Assembly: GCF_032116555.1 (NCBI RefSeq)
Contig: NZ_CP134949.1
Location: forward strand, 186,001-250,000
Direction: 5' to 3'
DNA: 64,000 nucleotides
Origin: Halorarum halobium
Lineage (GTDB): Archaea > Halobacteriota > Halobacteria > Halobacteriales > Haloferacaceae
Shown here: piece by piece, positions 31,092 to 45,479 of the stretch
Numbering within the stretch: the first letter of the stretch is position 1
Layout of the letters: the number at the start of each line of letters is the position of its first letter
The notes under the pieces: model-generated
Seen by the model: the letters and a program-made list of their open reading frames with translations, nothing else
Database searches by the model: none
Told to the model about the DNA's origin: nothing
Translations under genes and position numbers: made by a program

Positions 31092-31901
31092 GTGACACGC
31101 GAACGCCCGCTCGCCGCTCGCCGGGCCGCGATCGACGCGCGGATCGACGCCGCGCTCGAGTCCGCGACCGCGAACTCGCTTGCGCTGGCCCGGACGACGA
31201 TGGAGGAAGCCGGCTGGTTCGGCCCCCTCCTGGCGTGCTCGTACGACTCGGTCGCGGACGGCTCGGCCGCTGACGGCGCGGACGCGGAGGGTGCCCTGCT
31301 CGCGGCGGCCGCGATCGAACTGCTCGCGGGCTACTGCCGCCTCCGGGGCGAACTGCTGGTCCAGCTCGACGACGGGGTGGCCCACTCGCTGAACCGCGAC
31401 CCGCCCTCGGCCCTGCTCGCCGCGGACTTCCTCTACACGTCCGCGTACTCGACGCTGGCCTCGATCGACCACGCCCGCATCGGGGCGTGTTTCGACGCGT
31501 TCACCGACGCCTCGCTGTCGATAGTCGGCGCGTTCGACGCCGGCGGGGCGGGCGCGGAGCCGTCGAGAACCGACCGCCGTCCGAGCATCGAGGGAACGGC
31601 CGGGGCGCTCGGCGAGACCGCCGCGACCGTCGGGGCGGCGCTCGCGGGGGTCGAGCGCGACCGCCGGGACCGATTCGCCACGCTCGGTCGCGGATTCAGC
31701 ACGGCTCGGCGGGTTCGACTCGCGCTCGACTCGGACGTCTGGCCCGCCCACGTCGGTCGCCCGGACCTCGACGACCGACGCTTCGTCAGGTCCGCCGACA
31801 GGAGCCGCGCCGAGGCCGAGCGCGCGCTCTCACGGCTCCCGTCCCCCGCCGACGCGGGGCCGCTGGAGGCGCTCGTCGACGACGCGCTCCCCCCGGTCTG
31901 A
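31092..31901 (+). CDS. Divergent polyprenyl-synthetase-fold protein
   Basis: AAAIELL, ALLAADFLYTSAY and TAGALG resemble the isoprenoid synthase helices, but the DDxxD motifs are missing. Confidence 0.65.
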   Translation: MTRERPLAARRAAIDARIDAALESATANSLALARTTMEEAGWFGPLLACSYDSVADGSAADGADAEGALLAAAAIELLAGYCRLRGELLVQLDDGVAHSLNRDPPSALLAADFLYTSAYSTLASIDHARIGACFDAFTDASLSIVGAFDAGGAGAEPSRTDRRPSIEGTAGALGETAATVGAALAGVERDRRDRFATLGRGFSTARRVRLALDSDVWPAHVGRPDLDDRRFVRSADRSRAEAERALSRLPSPADAGPLEALVDDALPPV

Positions 31902-31978
31902 TCCACGGCAGTGGCCCCGCGGGCTCGCTTCTCACTTTGCCGGACTCGCTGCGCTCGTCCGGCTTTCGTCTCACGGAA

Positions 31979-32084
31979 CGGGCGCGACGGGATTTGAACC
32001 CGCGACCGTCGGATGGCTCCCCACACCCGAACCCGGATGCGGTTAGAAGTCCGACGCTCTGAATCCGGACTGAGCTACGCGCCC
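31979..32084 (-). tRNA. tRNA-Arg(UCU) with a 29-nt intron (32015-32043)
   Basis: GGGCGCG acceptor stem, GTTCAAATC T-loop, anticodon TCT, bulge-helix-bulge at 37/38. Confidence 0.92.
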
Positions 32085-32183
32085 TCGTCGGTGAACACGC
32101 GGGCATCGGCAAAAGCGACGCGGTTCACCCCACGGCTCCGGGTCCCGCAGGTCTTAACTCCGCGACAGGCAAAGTCCGGACCG

Positions 32184-32801
32184 ATGCGAGTCATCGGAAC
32201 CGTCGGACTGCCCGGCAGCGGCAAGGGCGAGGCCGCGGCCGTCGCCGAGGCGGAGGGCGTCCCGGTCGTGACGATGGGCGACGTCATCCGCGAGGCGTGC
32301 CGCAACCGGGGGCTCGACCCCGCCGAACACCACGGCGCGGTCGCACGGGCGCTCCGCGAGGAGGACGGCCCCGCCGCCGTCGCCGAGCGCTCGATCCCCG
32401 CCATCCGGGACGCTGCGGCCGACGCGGACGCCGTCCTCGTCGACGGCCTCCGGTCGACCGTGGAACTGGAACGGTTCCGCGAGGCGTTCGGCGACGACTT
32501 CCGCCTCGTCGCCGTGGAAGCGCCGTTCGACCTGCGCGCAGAGCGGCTCGGTGCCCGGGGCCGCGACGACTCCGACGTGGACGTCGAGGCGCTGCGGCAG
32601 CGCGAGGAGCGCGAACTGGAGTTCGGCATGGGCGAGGTCATCGACGCGGCCGACGTGACCGTCGATAACACAGGGACGCTGGCGGCGTTCCGCGAGCGAA
32701 TCCGGGCGATCCTCGCGGCCGAGGGGGACGACCCCGGAACCGACGGCGACCGGCCACCCGCGGACGCGACGCGGGAAGCCGACGCGGGAGGGCAGCCGTG
32801 A
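32184..32801 (+). CDS. P-loop nucleotide kinase-like protein (UPF0200 / dephospho-CoA-kinase-like)
   Basis: MRVIGTVGLPGSGKG, MGDVIR, VDGLRS. Confidence 0.85.
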   Translation: MRVIGTVGLPGSGKGEAAAVAEAEGVPVVTMGDVIREACRNRGLDPAEHHGAVARALREEDGPAAVAERSIPAIRDAAADADAVLVDGLRSTVELERFREAFGDDFRLVAVEAPFDLRAERLGARGRDDSDVDVEALRQREERELEFGMGEVIDAADVTVDNTGTLAAFRERIRAILAAEGDDPGTDGDRPPADATREADAGGQP

Positions 32802-33229
32802 CGACCGTCTACAGCATCGACGCGCGCATCGAGGTGCCCGTCAACGACACCGAGGTCACCGACCGCGTCGCCGACGCCGTCGAGGCGCTGTTCCCCAACG
32901 CGGAGTTCGCTCACGAACCCGGCAAACTCGTCGCCGAGACCCACACGTTCGACCCCTTCTCCGACCGCCTGCACGAACAGGAGATCCTCGACACGGCCCG
33001 TCGGGAGTTCACGAAGGGCACCACCGACGACGGCTTCTCGTTCGCGCTGAAGAAGCAGGCCGCCTTCGAGGGCGTGATCAACTTCGCGGTCGGCGAACCG
33101 GACGAACTCGGCGACGTCGAGGTGACCGTGACCGTCCGCGAGCCCTCGGTCGAGGAGTACATCGACCACGTCGCGCCGCCGACCCGCGACGGCACCCCCA
33201 TCGACCCGAACGGCGACCGCGGGCGGTAG
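32798..33229 (+). CDS. Archaeal RNA-binding domain protein (DUF54/UPF0201)
   Basis: TEVTDRV..A...LFP, QEILDTAR, LKKQAAF; translationally coupled to the kinase. Confidence 0.85.
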   Translation: MTTVYSIDARIEVPVNDTEVTDRVADAVEALFPNAEFAHEPGKLVAETHTFDPFSDRLHEQEILDTARREFTKGTTDDGFSFALKKQAAFEGVINFAVGEPDELGDVEVTVTVREPSVEEYIDHVAPPTRDGTPIDPNGDRGR

Positions 33230-33285
33230 CTCACCGGGCTCGCCCTTCCGGCCAACTGCCTCCCTATCTCTCGCGACGGCCCCGG

Positions 33286-33462
33286 CCAGCCGCTTGCGGG
33301 TTCGCTATCTCGCGGTGCGGTGGCGCGCGCGACTCGAACCCCCTTGTGGGGTGAGCAGACGCGCGCGAGGGATGAGCGAGCCGGCGCGCCCTCGTGGCGC
33401 GCCGACCGTGAGCGAATCGGCTGGGGAGGGCGTGGCTACACTCACCGCCAGCAGTAGTGATC
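33286..33462. repeat. Modular palindromic intergenic repeat, copy E
   Basis: Starts CAGCCGCTTGCG; 33419-33462 is similar to the reverse complement of the copy A left end (CTACTGCTGRCGGTGA...GCCACRCCCTCCCCAGCC). Confidence 0.7.
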
Positions 33463-33619
33463 CGCTTGTCGACACCTCGATCACCGAAACGAGGGCCGGG
33501 CATTCCACCGACGCCGACAGCCACGAGACACCACCGTCAGAATACCCTCCAACTCCCGTGCCACCCACTCCCCAACAATCGAGTCGTTTAACAGCGGCTC
33601 GCGGGTACTACCCCTACGA

Positions 33620-36319
33620 ATGCCCAGTGGAGACTACGACCCCGAGGCCGTCGAGCCGAAGTGGCAGCGGCGCTGGGTCGAGACCGACACCTACGCCTAC
33701 GACGAGGACGCGGCGACGGACCCGAACACGACCTTCTCCATCGACACGCCGCCGCCGACCGTATCGGGCAGTCTCCACTGGGGCCACGTGTACGGCTCCA
33801 TCCTCCAGGACACCGTCGCGCGCTTCAACCGGATGAACGGCAAGGAGGTGTTCTTCCCGTTCGGCTACGACGACAACGGCATCGCCTCCGAGCGCCTGAC
33901 CGAGGACGAACTCGACGTCCGGCACCAGGACTACGAGCGTCGGGAGTTCCAGCAGCTCTGCCGCGAGGTCTGTGCGGAGTACGAGGCCGAGTTCACCGAG
34001 AAGATGCAGGAACTGGGCATCTCCATCGACTGGGACCAGACGTACCGGACCATCGAGCCGCGCGTCCAGCGGGTCTCACAGCTCTCTTTCATCGACCTCT
34101 ACGAGCAGGGCCGCGAGTACCGCGAGAAGGCGCCCGCCATCTGGTGTCCCGAGTGCGAGACGGCCATCTCGCAGGTCGAGACCGAGGACGACGAGCGGGA
34201 CAGCCACTTCCACGACGTCGAGTTCGTCACCGTCGACGGGACGGACGAGGACGGCGAGCCGTTCACCATCTCCACCACGCGGCCGGAGCTCCTGCCGGCC
34301 TGCGTCGCCGTGTTCGTCCACCCGGACGACGACGACAACCAGCACCTCGTCGGCGAGGAGGCACGGATTCCGCTGTTCGGCCAGGAGGTGCCGATCATCG
34401 CCGACGAGCGCGTCGACATGGAGACGGGCTCGGGCATCGTGATGTGCTGTACGTTCGGCGACCAGACCGACATCGAGTGGTACCAGGCCCACGACCTCGA
34501 CCTGCGCATCGCCATCGACGAGTCCGGACACATGACCGGCGTCGCCGAGGGGTACGAGGGGCTCGACTCCGACGAGGCGCGCGAGGCGATCGTCGCCGAC
34601 CTCGAGGCGGACGGCGCGCTGCTGGACCGGCGGGCGATCACCCACACCGTCAACGTCCACGAGCGCTGTGGCACTCCCGTCGAGTTCCTCGTCACCGAGC
34701 AGTGGTACGTGAAGATCCTCGACCGGACCGACGAGTACCTGCAGGCCGGCCGGGAGATGGAGTGGTTCCCCGACAAGATGTTCACGCGGTACGAACACTG
34801 GATCGAGGGGCTCCAGTGGGACTGGCTCATCTCGCGCCAGCGCTCCTCCGGCATCCCGTTCCCGGTGTGGTACTGCGGGGACTGCGGCGAGGTCGTCGTC
34901 GCCGAGAAGGCGGACCTGCCGGTCGACCCGCTGTCGGACGACCCGCCGGTGGAGACCTGCCCCGAGTGCGGTGGCGACGAGTTCGACCCGGAGGACGACG
35001 TGCTCGACACCTGGGCGACCTCGAGCCTGACGCCGCTCATCAACGCCGGGTGGGACTGGGTGCCCGAGGCGGCATCGGACGCCGCCGACGGTGGGGAGGG
35101 GAACTCGGAGGGATTCGAGATGGCCCGCCCCGAACTCTACCCGATGGACGTGCGCCCGCAGGGCCACGACATCATCAGCTTCTGGCTGTTCCACACGGTC
35201 ATCAAGTGCTACGAACACACCGGCGAGGTGCCGTTCGAGTCGACGATGATCAACGGGATGGTGCTCGACGAGAACCGCGAGAAGATGTCCAAGTCGAAGG
35301 GGAACGTCGTCGCGCCCGACGAAGTGCTGGCGAAGTACCCCGTCGACGCCGCGCGCTACTGGGCGACCGGCTCCGCGGTCGGGGACGACCTGCCGTACCA
35401 GGAGAAAGGCCTGCGCGCGGGCGAGAAGCTGATGCAGAAGCTCTGGAACGCCTCGAAGCTGGTCGACTCGCTCACGCCCGAATCGGACCCCGACCTCGCG
35501 CCCGGCGACTTGCGGGAACTCGACCGCTGGCTGCTCGCCGAACTCGACGACCTCGTCGACACCGTCACCGGCCAGTTCGAGGCGCGCGAGTTCTCGAAGG
35601 CCCGGGACGACCTCCGGAGCTTCTTCTGGCACACGTTCTGTGACGACTACCTCGAGGTGGCCAAGACGCGGGTCCGGGACGCCCACGACGACGACCCGGC
35701 CGCACAGTACACGCTTCGGGTCGCTCACCGGCGGTTCCTGAAGCTGTTCGCGCCGTTTCTCGCCCACGAGACGGAGGAGCTGTGGCAGGAACTCTACGCC
35801 GAGGCGGACGTGGCCGAGGGCGGCTCGGTCCACCGGACGGACTGGCCAGAGCCCCTGGAAATCGAGGCCGACCACGCGGCCGGTCGGACCGCCACCGCGG
35901 TCATCGGCGCGCTCCGGCGGTACAAGAGCGAGCGCGGCCTGCCGCTGAACGCCGAACTCGGGCGCGTCGAGGTGTGGGGCGAGGGCGACGTCGCCGCGTT
36001 CGCCGACGACGTGCGCGGGGTGATGAACGTCGCGGACCTCGACGTGCTCGCCGCGGAACCCGAAATCGAGACGGTCGTGACCGGCATCGACCTCGACTAC
36101 GCGCAGGTCGGCCCGCAGTTCGGCTCGAAGGTCGGCGACATCGACGCGGCCATCGCCGAGGGCGAGTACGAGGTCGCGGACGACGAACTGCACGTGGCGG
36201 GCGAGACGCTGGGTTCGGAGCTGTTCGAGGTGGAGCGCGACCGGCAGTACGCCGGCGAGGGCGACCTGCTGGAGGCCGAGGACGCGGTGGTCATCGTCCA
36301 CGGGGCCGCCGAGAACTGA
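33620..36319 (+). CDS. valS: Valine--tRNA ligase
   Basis: DTPPPTVSGSLHWGH, DWLISRQR, KMSKS. Confidence 0.96.
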   Translation: MPSGDYDPEAVEPKWQRRWVETDTYAYDEDAATDPNTTFSIDTPPPTVSGSLHWGHVYGSILQDTVARFNRMNGKEVFFPFGYDDNGIASERLTEDELDVRHQDYERREFQQLCREVCAEYEAEFTEKMQELGISIDWDQTYRTIEPRVQRVSQLSFIDLYEQGREYREKAPAIWCPECETAISQVETEDDERDSHFHDVEFVTVDGTDEDGEPFTISTTRPELLPACVAVFVHPDDDDNQHLVGEEARIPLFGQEVPIIADERVDMETGSGIVMCCTFGDQTDIEWYQAHDLDLRIAIDESGHMTGVAEGYEGLDSDEAREAIVADLEADGALLDRRAITHTVNVHERCGTPVEFLVTEQWYVKILDRTDEYLQAGREMEWFPDKMFTRYEHWIEGLQWDWLISRQRSSGIPFPVWYCGDCGEVVVAEKADLPVDPLSDDPPVETCPECGGDEFDPEDDVLDTWATSSLTPLINAGWDWVPEAASDAADGGEGNSEGFEMARPELYPMDVRPQGHDIISFWLFHTVIKCYEHTGEVPFESTMINGMVLDENREKMSKSKGNVVAPDEVLAKYPVDAARYWATGSAVGDDLPYQEKGLRAGEKLMQKLWNASKLVDSLTPESDPDLAPGDLRELDRWLLAELDDLVDTVTGQFEAREFSKARDDLRSFFWHTFCDDYLEVAKTRVRDAHDDDPAAQYTLRVAHRRFLKLFAPFLAHETEELWQELYAEADVAEGGSVHRTDWPEPLEIEADHAAGRTATAVIGALRRYKSERGLPLNAELGRVEVWGEGDVAAFADDVRGVMNVADLDVLAAEPEIETVVTGIDLDYAQVGPQFGSKVGDIDAAIAEGEYEVADDELHVAGETLGSELFEVERDRQYAGEGDLLEAEDAVVIVHGAAEN

Positions 36320-36357
36320 GTCCGCGCCACGAAGCGCCCGTCTACTCCCTTGCTTCT

Positions 36358-37416
36358 CTACTCCAGGTCGACGCCCACGGCGTCCCCGATCGAGTCGAAC
36401 CCGTCGCGTTCCAACAGTTCGAGCAGTCCCTCGTTTATCTCGCGGGCGAGGCTCGGCCCCTCGTAGACGAGTGCGGTGTACAGTTGCACCACGCTCGCAC
36501 CTGCCCGGACCTTCCGGTAGGCTCCCTCGGCGTCCGAGATACCGCCGACACCGACGACGGGCACGTCGGTTCGTTCGGCGATGAAGCGAACGAGCGAACT
36601 CGCCCGCTCCTCGATCGGTTCTCCGGAGAGCCCCCCCGACTCCGCGCGGTTCGGGCTCCGGAGCGAGTCGGGGCGCTCGGTCGTCGTGTTCGTGGCGATG
36701 ACGCCGTCGAGGTCGAGGTCGTCGACGACCGCGAGCGCCTCCTCGATCGCCGGGCGCGGGAGATCCGGCGAGAACTTGACGAGCAGCGGGTCGGCGCCGG
36801 CGTCACGGAGTTCGCCGAGGATCGCCTCCAGCGCGTCGCGGTTCTGGAGCGAGCGCAGGCCGGGCGTGTTGGGGCTGGAGACGTTGACCGCGACGTAGTC
36901 GGCGTGTTCGCCCACGCGCTCGTAGGTGTACAGGTAGTCCGACGGGGCGTCCTCCAGGGGGATCGACTTCGACTTGCCGACGTTGACGCCGACCGGGACG
37001 TCCGGGAGTTCGCCGGCGGCGAGGCGGTCGCCGATGGCGTCCGCGCCGTCGTTGTTGAACCCCATCCGGTTGATCAGCGCGCGGTCCTCCGCCAGTCGGA
37101 AGAGGCGCGGGCGCGGGTTGCCGGCCTGCCTCTCGGCGGTGACGCCGCCGACCTCGACGTGACCGAAGCCGAGCGCCGCGAGGAAGCGCGGGACGTGCGC
37201 GTTCTTGTCGAACCCGGCGGCGACGCCGACCGGCGTGGGGAACGAACAGCCGAACGCCTCGGTCCGGAGCCGCTCGTCGGTCACGACGTAGCGGCCGCGT
37301 ACGGCGTCCTCCACGGGCGTCCCCTGTGCGGCCCGCATGAGCCGTGCGGTCACGCCGTGGGCCGTCTCCGGCGGGAGCGCGAACAGCGCCGGTTTCGCGA
37401 GGTCGTACGGCTTCAT
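36358..37416 (-). CDS. pyrD: Quinone-dependent dihydroorotate dehydrogenase
   Basis: AAGFDKNA, NRMGFNN, NVSSPNTPGLR, GGLSG. Confidence 0.95.
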   Translation of the reverse strand: MKPYDLAKPALFALPPETAHGVTARLMRAAQGTPVEDAVRGRYVVTDERLRTEAFGCSFPTPVGVAAGFDKNAHVPRFLAALGFGHVEVGGVTAERQAGNPRPRLFRLAEDRALINRMGFNNDGADAIGDRLAAGELPDVPVGVNVGKSKSIPLEDAPSDYLYTYERVGEHADYVAVNVSSPNTPGLRSLQNRDALEAILGELRDAGADPLLVKFSPDLPRPAIEEALAVVDDLDLDGVIATNTTTERPDSLRSPNRAESGGLSGEPIEERASSLVRFIAERTDVPVVGVGGISDAEGAYRKVRAGASVVQLYTALVYEGPSLAREINEGLLELLERDGFDSIGDAVGVDLE

Positions 37417-37465
37417 CGGCCGAAGCCACGGCTGGCCGGGGTTTCAAATCGCCGGAACGCTCGTC

Positions 37466-37663
37466 TCAGAAGTCGTGTTCGACCTCGTCGGGGTCCGCAG
37501 CCTGGATGATGATCTTCCCGTCCCGGACCCGCACGAACACCTCGTCGCCGATTTCGAGGCCCGCGACGGCGAGTTCGTCCTCGTGGAGGTTCACGTGGAC
37601 GTTGTGGTACTCGCCGTTCTCGTCCTTAGCGCCACTCGGGCTGAGCGTCTTTTTCCGGACCAT
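37466..37663 (-). CDS. Small conserved protein with an AbrB/MazE-like swapped-hairpin pattern
   Basis: 65 aa; LAVAGLEIGDEVFVRVRDGKIII. Confidence 0.75.
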   Translation of the reverse strand: MVRKKTLSPSGAKDENGEYHNVHVNLHEDELAVAGLEIGDEVFVRVRDGKIIIQAADPDEVEHDF

Positions 37664-37902
37664 CGGCTTGTGTTACACCACGCTTCGCCGCACGGAATAC
37701 ATAAGTGTTGTTTCCGGCACGAAGCCGCCTCACGGCGCGCGCGAGGTTCCACGGCCGAATCACCCCGGCGTCACCACCGGGTTTTCGACCCGAATCGACG
37801 GACGGCTCCTCCCTACTACTAAAGCCTTTCTTCGGATAGCCCTCACTTCCCCGATATATTTATAACACAGTGTGTGCTGCCGTCACATGGAGGCGAAAAA
37901 CC

Positions 37903-38211
37903 ATGGTACGCGAGGACGGTAAGCGAAATTTCGCACTGCGCGAGACTGACGGGGACGAGGAGAGCGTCTACTCGGGGAACACTCCCCGACAGGCGGCGCT
38001 GAAGGCTGCCCGACGTCTCGACCCGGCCAGTTCCGAGGACGAGGCGTCGGGGACGGAGCTCCGTCTCCGCGAGAAGGGAACCGACAAGGTCCATATCTAC
38101 GACGGCTGGGCCTGGCGCGAGTCGGCTCCCGACAACAAACCCGACTGGATGCCCGGCGAGATCACCGAGGCGAACGTCTCGAAGAAGGGCATCGAGCATC
38201 TCGAGAGTTAG
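37903..38211 (+). CDS. mc1: Non-histone chromosomal protein MC1
   Basis: KRNFALRE, PRQAALKAA, LREKGTDKVHIY, KPDWMP. Confidence 0.92.
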   Translation: MVREDGKRNFALRETDGDEESVYSGNTPRQAALKAARRLDPASSEDEASGTELRLREKGTDKVHIYDGWAWRESAPDNKPDWMPGEITEANVSKKGIEHLES

Positions 38212-38490
38212 CCGCCCGATCTAGTTGTTCTTTGCGTACGTGTGCGAGCCGACCCAGCAGCAGCGTAGTCGAGGCCGCCGGGACGGCGGGCGAGTCGCTC
38301 GCAGTAGTCCGTTAGCCTGCCAGTTCGTTCGTCGGCCCGGACCGGATACGTCGCTCTGCGAGGGCGTTCGTTCCACGGGGCTGGATACTTCGACCGGTTT
38401 CCCCCGCGTATCCTGCAGCGGCTTGCATCGTACACGGTTCTCTATGGGTCGTCCCCCCGTGAAACCGCATGACGGGGTGGCGATGAAACG

Positions 38491-38790
38491 ACGGCCTTTT
38501 ACGTACCCCTGCCATCCGAATGAATGCGAAGGTCGCACGGGACGCACCCGGGCGACACGGCACGCCCTTCCGGGGCGATGTCGAAGCTCATCCGACGCCC
38601 TTATGTACTCCTGGGCAGTTCGATATGAACGTGAATGGCAGACCCCGTCGGGGTGACGCCAGGACCGTTCCGACGCCCTTAAGTGTAACAGGGGACTCGG
38701 ATGGAATGCGAAAGACACAGTGCGAATCCGTCCGGTTCACAGCCGGACGAGTTCGCCGGCTTCGATCAGGTTCGAAGGGCTTATGTCCTT
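38491..38790 (+). promoter_or_regulatory. Tandem rRNA operon promoters
   Basis: TATA-like boxes at ~38497 (TTTTACGT), 38600 (CTTATGTA), 38678 (CTTAAGT) and 38780 (CTTATGT); two are preceded by CCGACGCC. Confidence 0.7.
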
Positions 38791-39036
38791 CCCGGGCCTT
38801 GGTTGAAATCCGTAAGAAATGAGGATTCCGCCCCTGCGGTCCGCCGCAAGACGGTATCTGATGTTAGCCTCGATAGTTCGGTGATACCCGATCGGTATCA
38901 CCGAGCTCGGACCACGCAATACAGCGGATCGCATCTTCGGATGTGATCCATTGGTGATTCACGTCTTACGACGTGATCTTGGTGAACCACGTTTCACGAC
39001 GTGATTCCCGCCACCCCGCTCCCTTACGGGAGCGAC

Positions 39037-40508
<1,472 letters not shown>

Positions 40509-40612
40509 ACAGACCGGGACCAGGGCGACGCCCTGGCCCACTTCGCTTGGTCCGGCTCGTGACGCCGATCGGGCACCTTCGAACTATCGAGGCTGTTCAC
40601 CCCATCCGGGGT

Positions 40613-40684
40613 GGGCCCATAGCTCAGCGGTAGAGTGCCTCCTTTGCAAGGAGGATGCCCTGGGTTCGAATCCCAGTGGGTCCA
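40613..40684 (+). tRNA. tRNA-Ala(UGC) in the 16S-23S spacer
   Basis: GGGCCCATAGCTCAG...CCTCC-TTTGCAA-GGAGG...GGTTCGAATCCC. Confidence 0.96.
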
Positions 40685-40899
40685 TGTCCTCGGGGTTCGT
40701 CGTGAACCGCTCCCCTTAAGTGTGGGACGGCGCTACGACGTAATCCCGAAGCAAGACCGATGCACCATCCCGCGAGAGCGCGGTTGGGAAGGGTCGAACA
40801 CGGCCGTGGAAGACACCACGACGTGTGATGAGACCGTGTGTACGTGCAATCCAGACGCCCACTGGACCCGTTCATCGGGTTTCAGTGATCACACATCAA

Positions 40900-43813
<2,914 letters not shown>

Positions 43814-43919
43814 CTGCACTGCGACCCGTGAACGGGTCCAGGCGTTAACTGGATTGCACGTACATTACGGTCTCCGACCGACGCAGGCGTTACATCGGAT
43901 CGTTCCCGATGGTCGGCCT

Positions 43920-44040
43920 CAAGGCGGCCACAGCGGCGGGGAAACACCCGTACCCATCCCGAACACGGTAGTTAAGTCCGCCAGCGTTCCGGCGAGTACT
44001 GGAGTGCGAGAGCCTCTGGAAAAGCTGGTTCGCCGCCTAC
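43920..44040 (+). rRNA. rrf: 5S rRNA
   Basis: AGGCGGCCACAGCGG...CCCATCCCGAACACGG...TCGCCGCCT. Confidence 0.96.
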
Positions 44041-44056
44041 CACTCATACATCATTC

Positions 44057-44095
44057 GAAGCCCACCAGCACCGCGCTGGTGGGCTTTCTTCATTT
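44057..44095 (+). terminator. Hairpin plus T-rich tract after 5S
   Basis: AAGCCCACCAGC...GCTGGTGGGCTT followed by TCTTCATTT. Confidence 0.6.
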
Positions 44096-44162
44096 ACGGA
44101 GACGACCGGAAATCCGGTGAATCCGCTAGGCTTAAGCGCCACAGTCGTCTCCCTTCGCACGC

Positions 44163-44238
44163 GCCAAGGTGGCAGAGTTCGGCCATACGCATCTCCCTGC
44201 AGAGGAGAATCACGCCGGTTCAAATCCGGTCCTTGGCT
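44163..44238 (+). tRNA. tRNA-Cys(GCA)
   Basis: GCCAAGG acceptor, TCTCC-CTGCAGA-GGAGA anticodon arm, GGTTCAAATCC; own CTTAAG box upstream. Confidence 0.94.
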
Positions 44239-44411
44239 CTCCTTCACGAACCATACGGTAGCGACGGCCGCGCCAATCGGCACCCACGCAACCGCACCCC
44301 GGTAGCGCACGCTGAATCTCGCACGACTCGACGAACGCACAGTGACCGATCAAACCACGATTTGAGCTTTCGTCGGTTTTAGTCGCTCCCGTCCGGTAGC
44401 CGGGAACGCGA

Positions 44412-44936
44412 ATGAACGCCCCAGTTGGTCCTCGACCCGCACGAATCGTCCTCCTCACAACGCTCCTCCTCGGCACGGTGCTCGGCGGGACGGCCGCCGG
44501 GGCGGGCCAGTCCGACTCGGTCTCGCTCGCCGCGGAGAACGGTTCCGTGATCGTCCACGCGACCGACGAGGCGACGGTCCATGGCACGGCCGACCTCCCG
44601 GAGGAAACGGAACTGTCCGTCGGGATTCGATCCGCCGGCGACACCGACCCACAGTTCTTCAAGTCCGCGACCGCGACGGTCGGTCCCGACGGAACCTTCA
44701 GCGCGACGTTCGACCTGGCCGAACTGTCCGCCGGCGACGAGTTCACGGTGACCGTCAGCGACGGCAACTCGACGATCGCCGAGTCCGACGGGCGGATCCT
44801 CGCGCCCGGCGCGACCGTCACGCCGGGAGCGACCGAGGGAGACACCGTGACGAGCCTCCCCGGGTTCGGCGTTCCGGTGGCGGTGACGGCGCTGCTCGCC
44901 CTCGCTGGGCTCGCAGGGCTTGCTCGACGGCGATAA
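44412..44936 (+). CDS. PGF-CTERM-anchored cell-surface protein
   Basis: Signal peptide, Ig-like domain, C-terminal LPGFG + TM + RRR archaeosortase signal. Confidence 0.88.
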   Translation: MNAPVGPRPARIVLLTTLLLGTVLGGTAAGAGQSDSVSLAAENGSVIVHATDEATVHGTADLPEETELSVGIRSAGDTDPQFFKSATATVGPDGTFSATFDLAELSAGDEFTVTVSDGNSTIAESDGRILAPGATVTPGATEGDTVTSLPGFGVPVAVTALLALAGLAGLARRR

Positions 44937-45038
44937 TTCGGTTCGGACCGTCCGGTCGACACAGACGGGTCGTCGGTCCCCGCCGCCCTCGCACAATGTT
45001 TATCCCACTCGGGTCCCTCGCCAGTGCCAACGATTCCC

Positions 45039-45479
45039 ATGGAAGTGAGTGGCTTCGTACTCAGCGGAATCCTGACCGGGCTGTTCCTCCTCGGGACGGT
45101 CCTCGTCCTCGCGCGGAACCGGGACTGGCGGGCCTACTCGGCCTCCGGCGGCGGGAACGGCGCGATCGAGACGCTCGAACGGGTGGCCGGGAGCCCCACC
45201 ACGTGGATCGGCGGGTTCCTCCTCCTGACGTTCGGGCTCGGGTTCGGCACGCTGGTGGTCGTCGGCGGGCTCGCGGTGCCCGCGAGCGTTCAGGGCGTGG
45301 CCGGGGGCGTGATGGCCGGACTCGTCCTGGCCGCGCTCGCGGTCTACACGTTCCTCGGCGTCTACCAGTCGATCCGCTACCGCGGGCTCTACCGCTCGCA
45401 GGCGGTCGCGGCCGGCGTCTGGGTCGTCGCGACGCTCGCGGTCGGCGGGCTCGCGGTGATGCTGCTCACGGCGGGGTGA
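45039..45479 (+). CDS. Multi-pass membrane protein
   Basis: Four hydrophobic segments; first gene of a coupled four-gene run. Confidence 0.75.
   Translation: MEVSGFVLSGILTGLFLLGTVLVLARNRDWRAYSASGGGNGAIETLERVAGSPTTWIGGFLLLTFGLGFGTLVVVGGLAVPASVQGVAGGVMAGLVLAALAVYTFLGVYQSIRYRGLYRSQAVAAGVWVVATLAVGGLAVMLLTAG

Noticed and set aside
21050..31978. Possible genomic island integrated at the tRNA-Arg 3' end
   Set aside because: No integrase, no duplicated tRNA 3' end found by eye, and GC content like the host
33320..33370. tRNA-like GACTCGAACC (T-loop complement), and GGTTCGAGTC at ~10291
   Set aside because: No cloverleaf can be built around either
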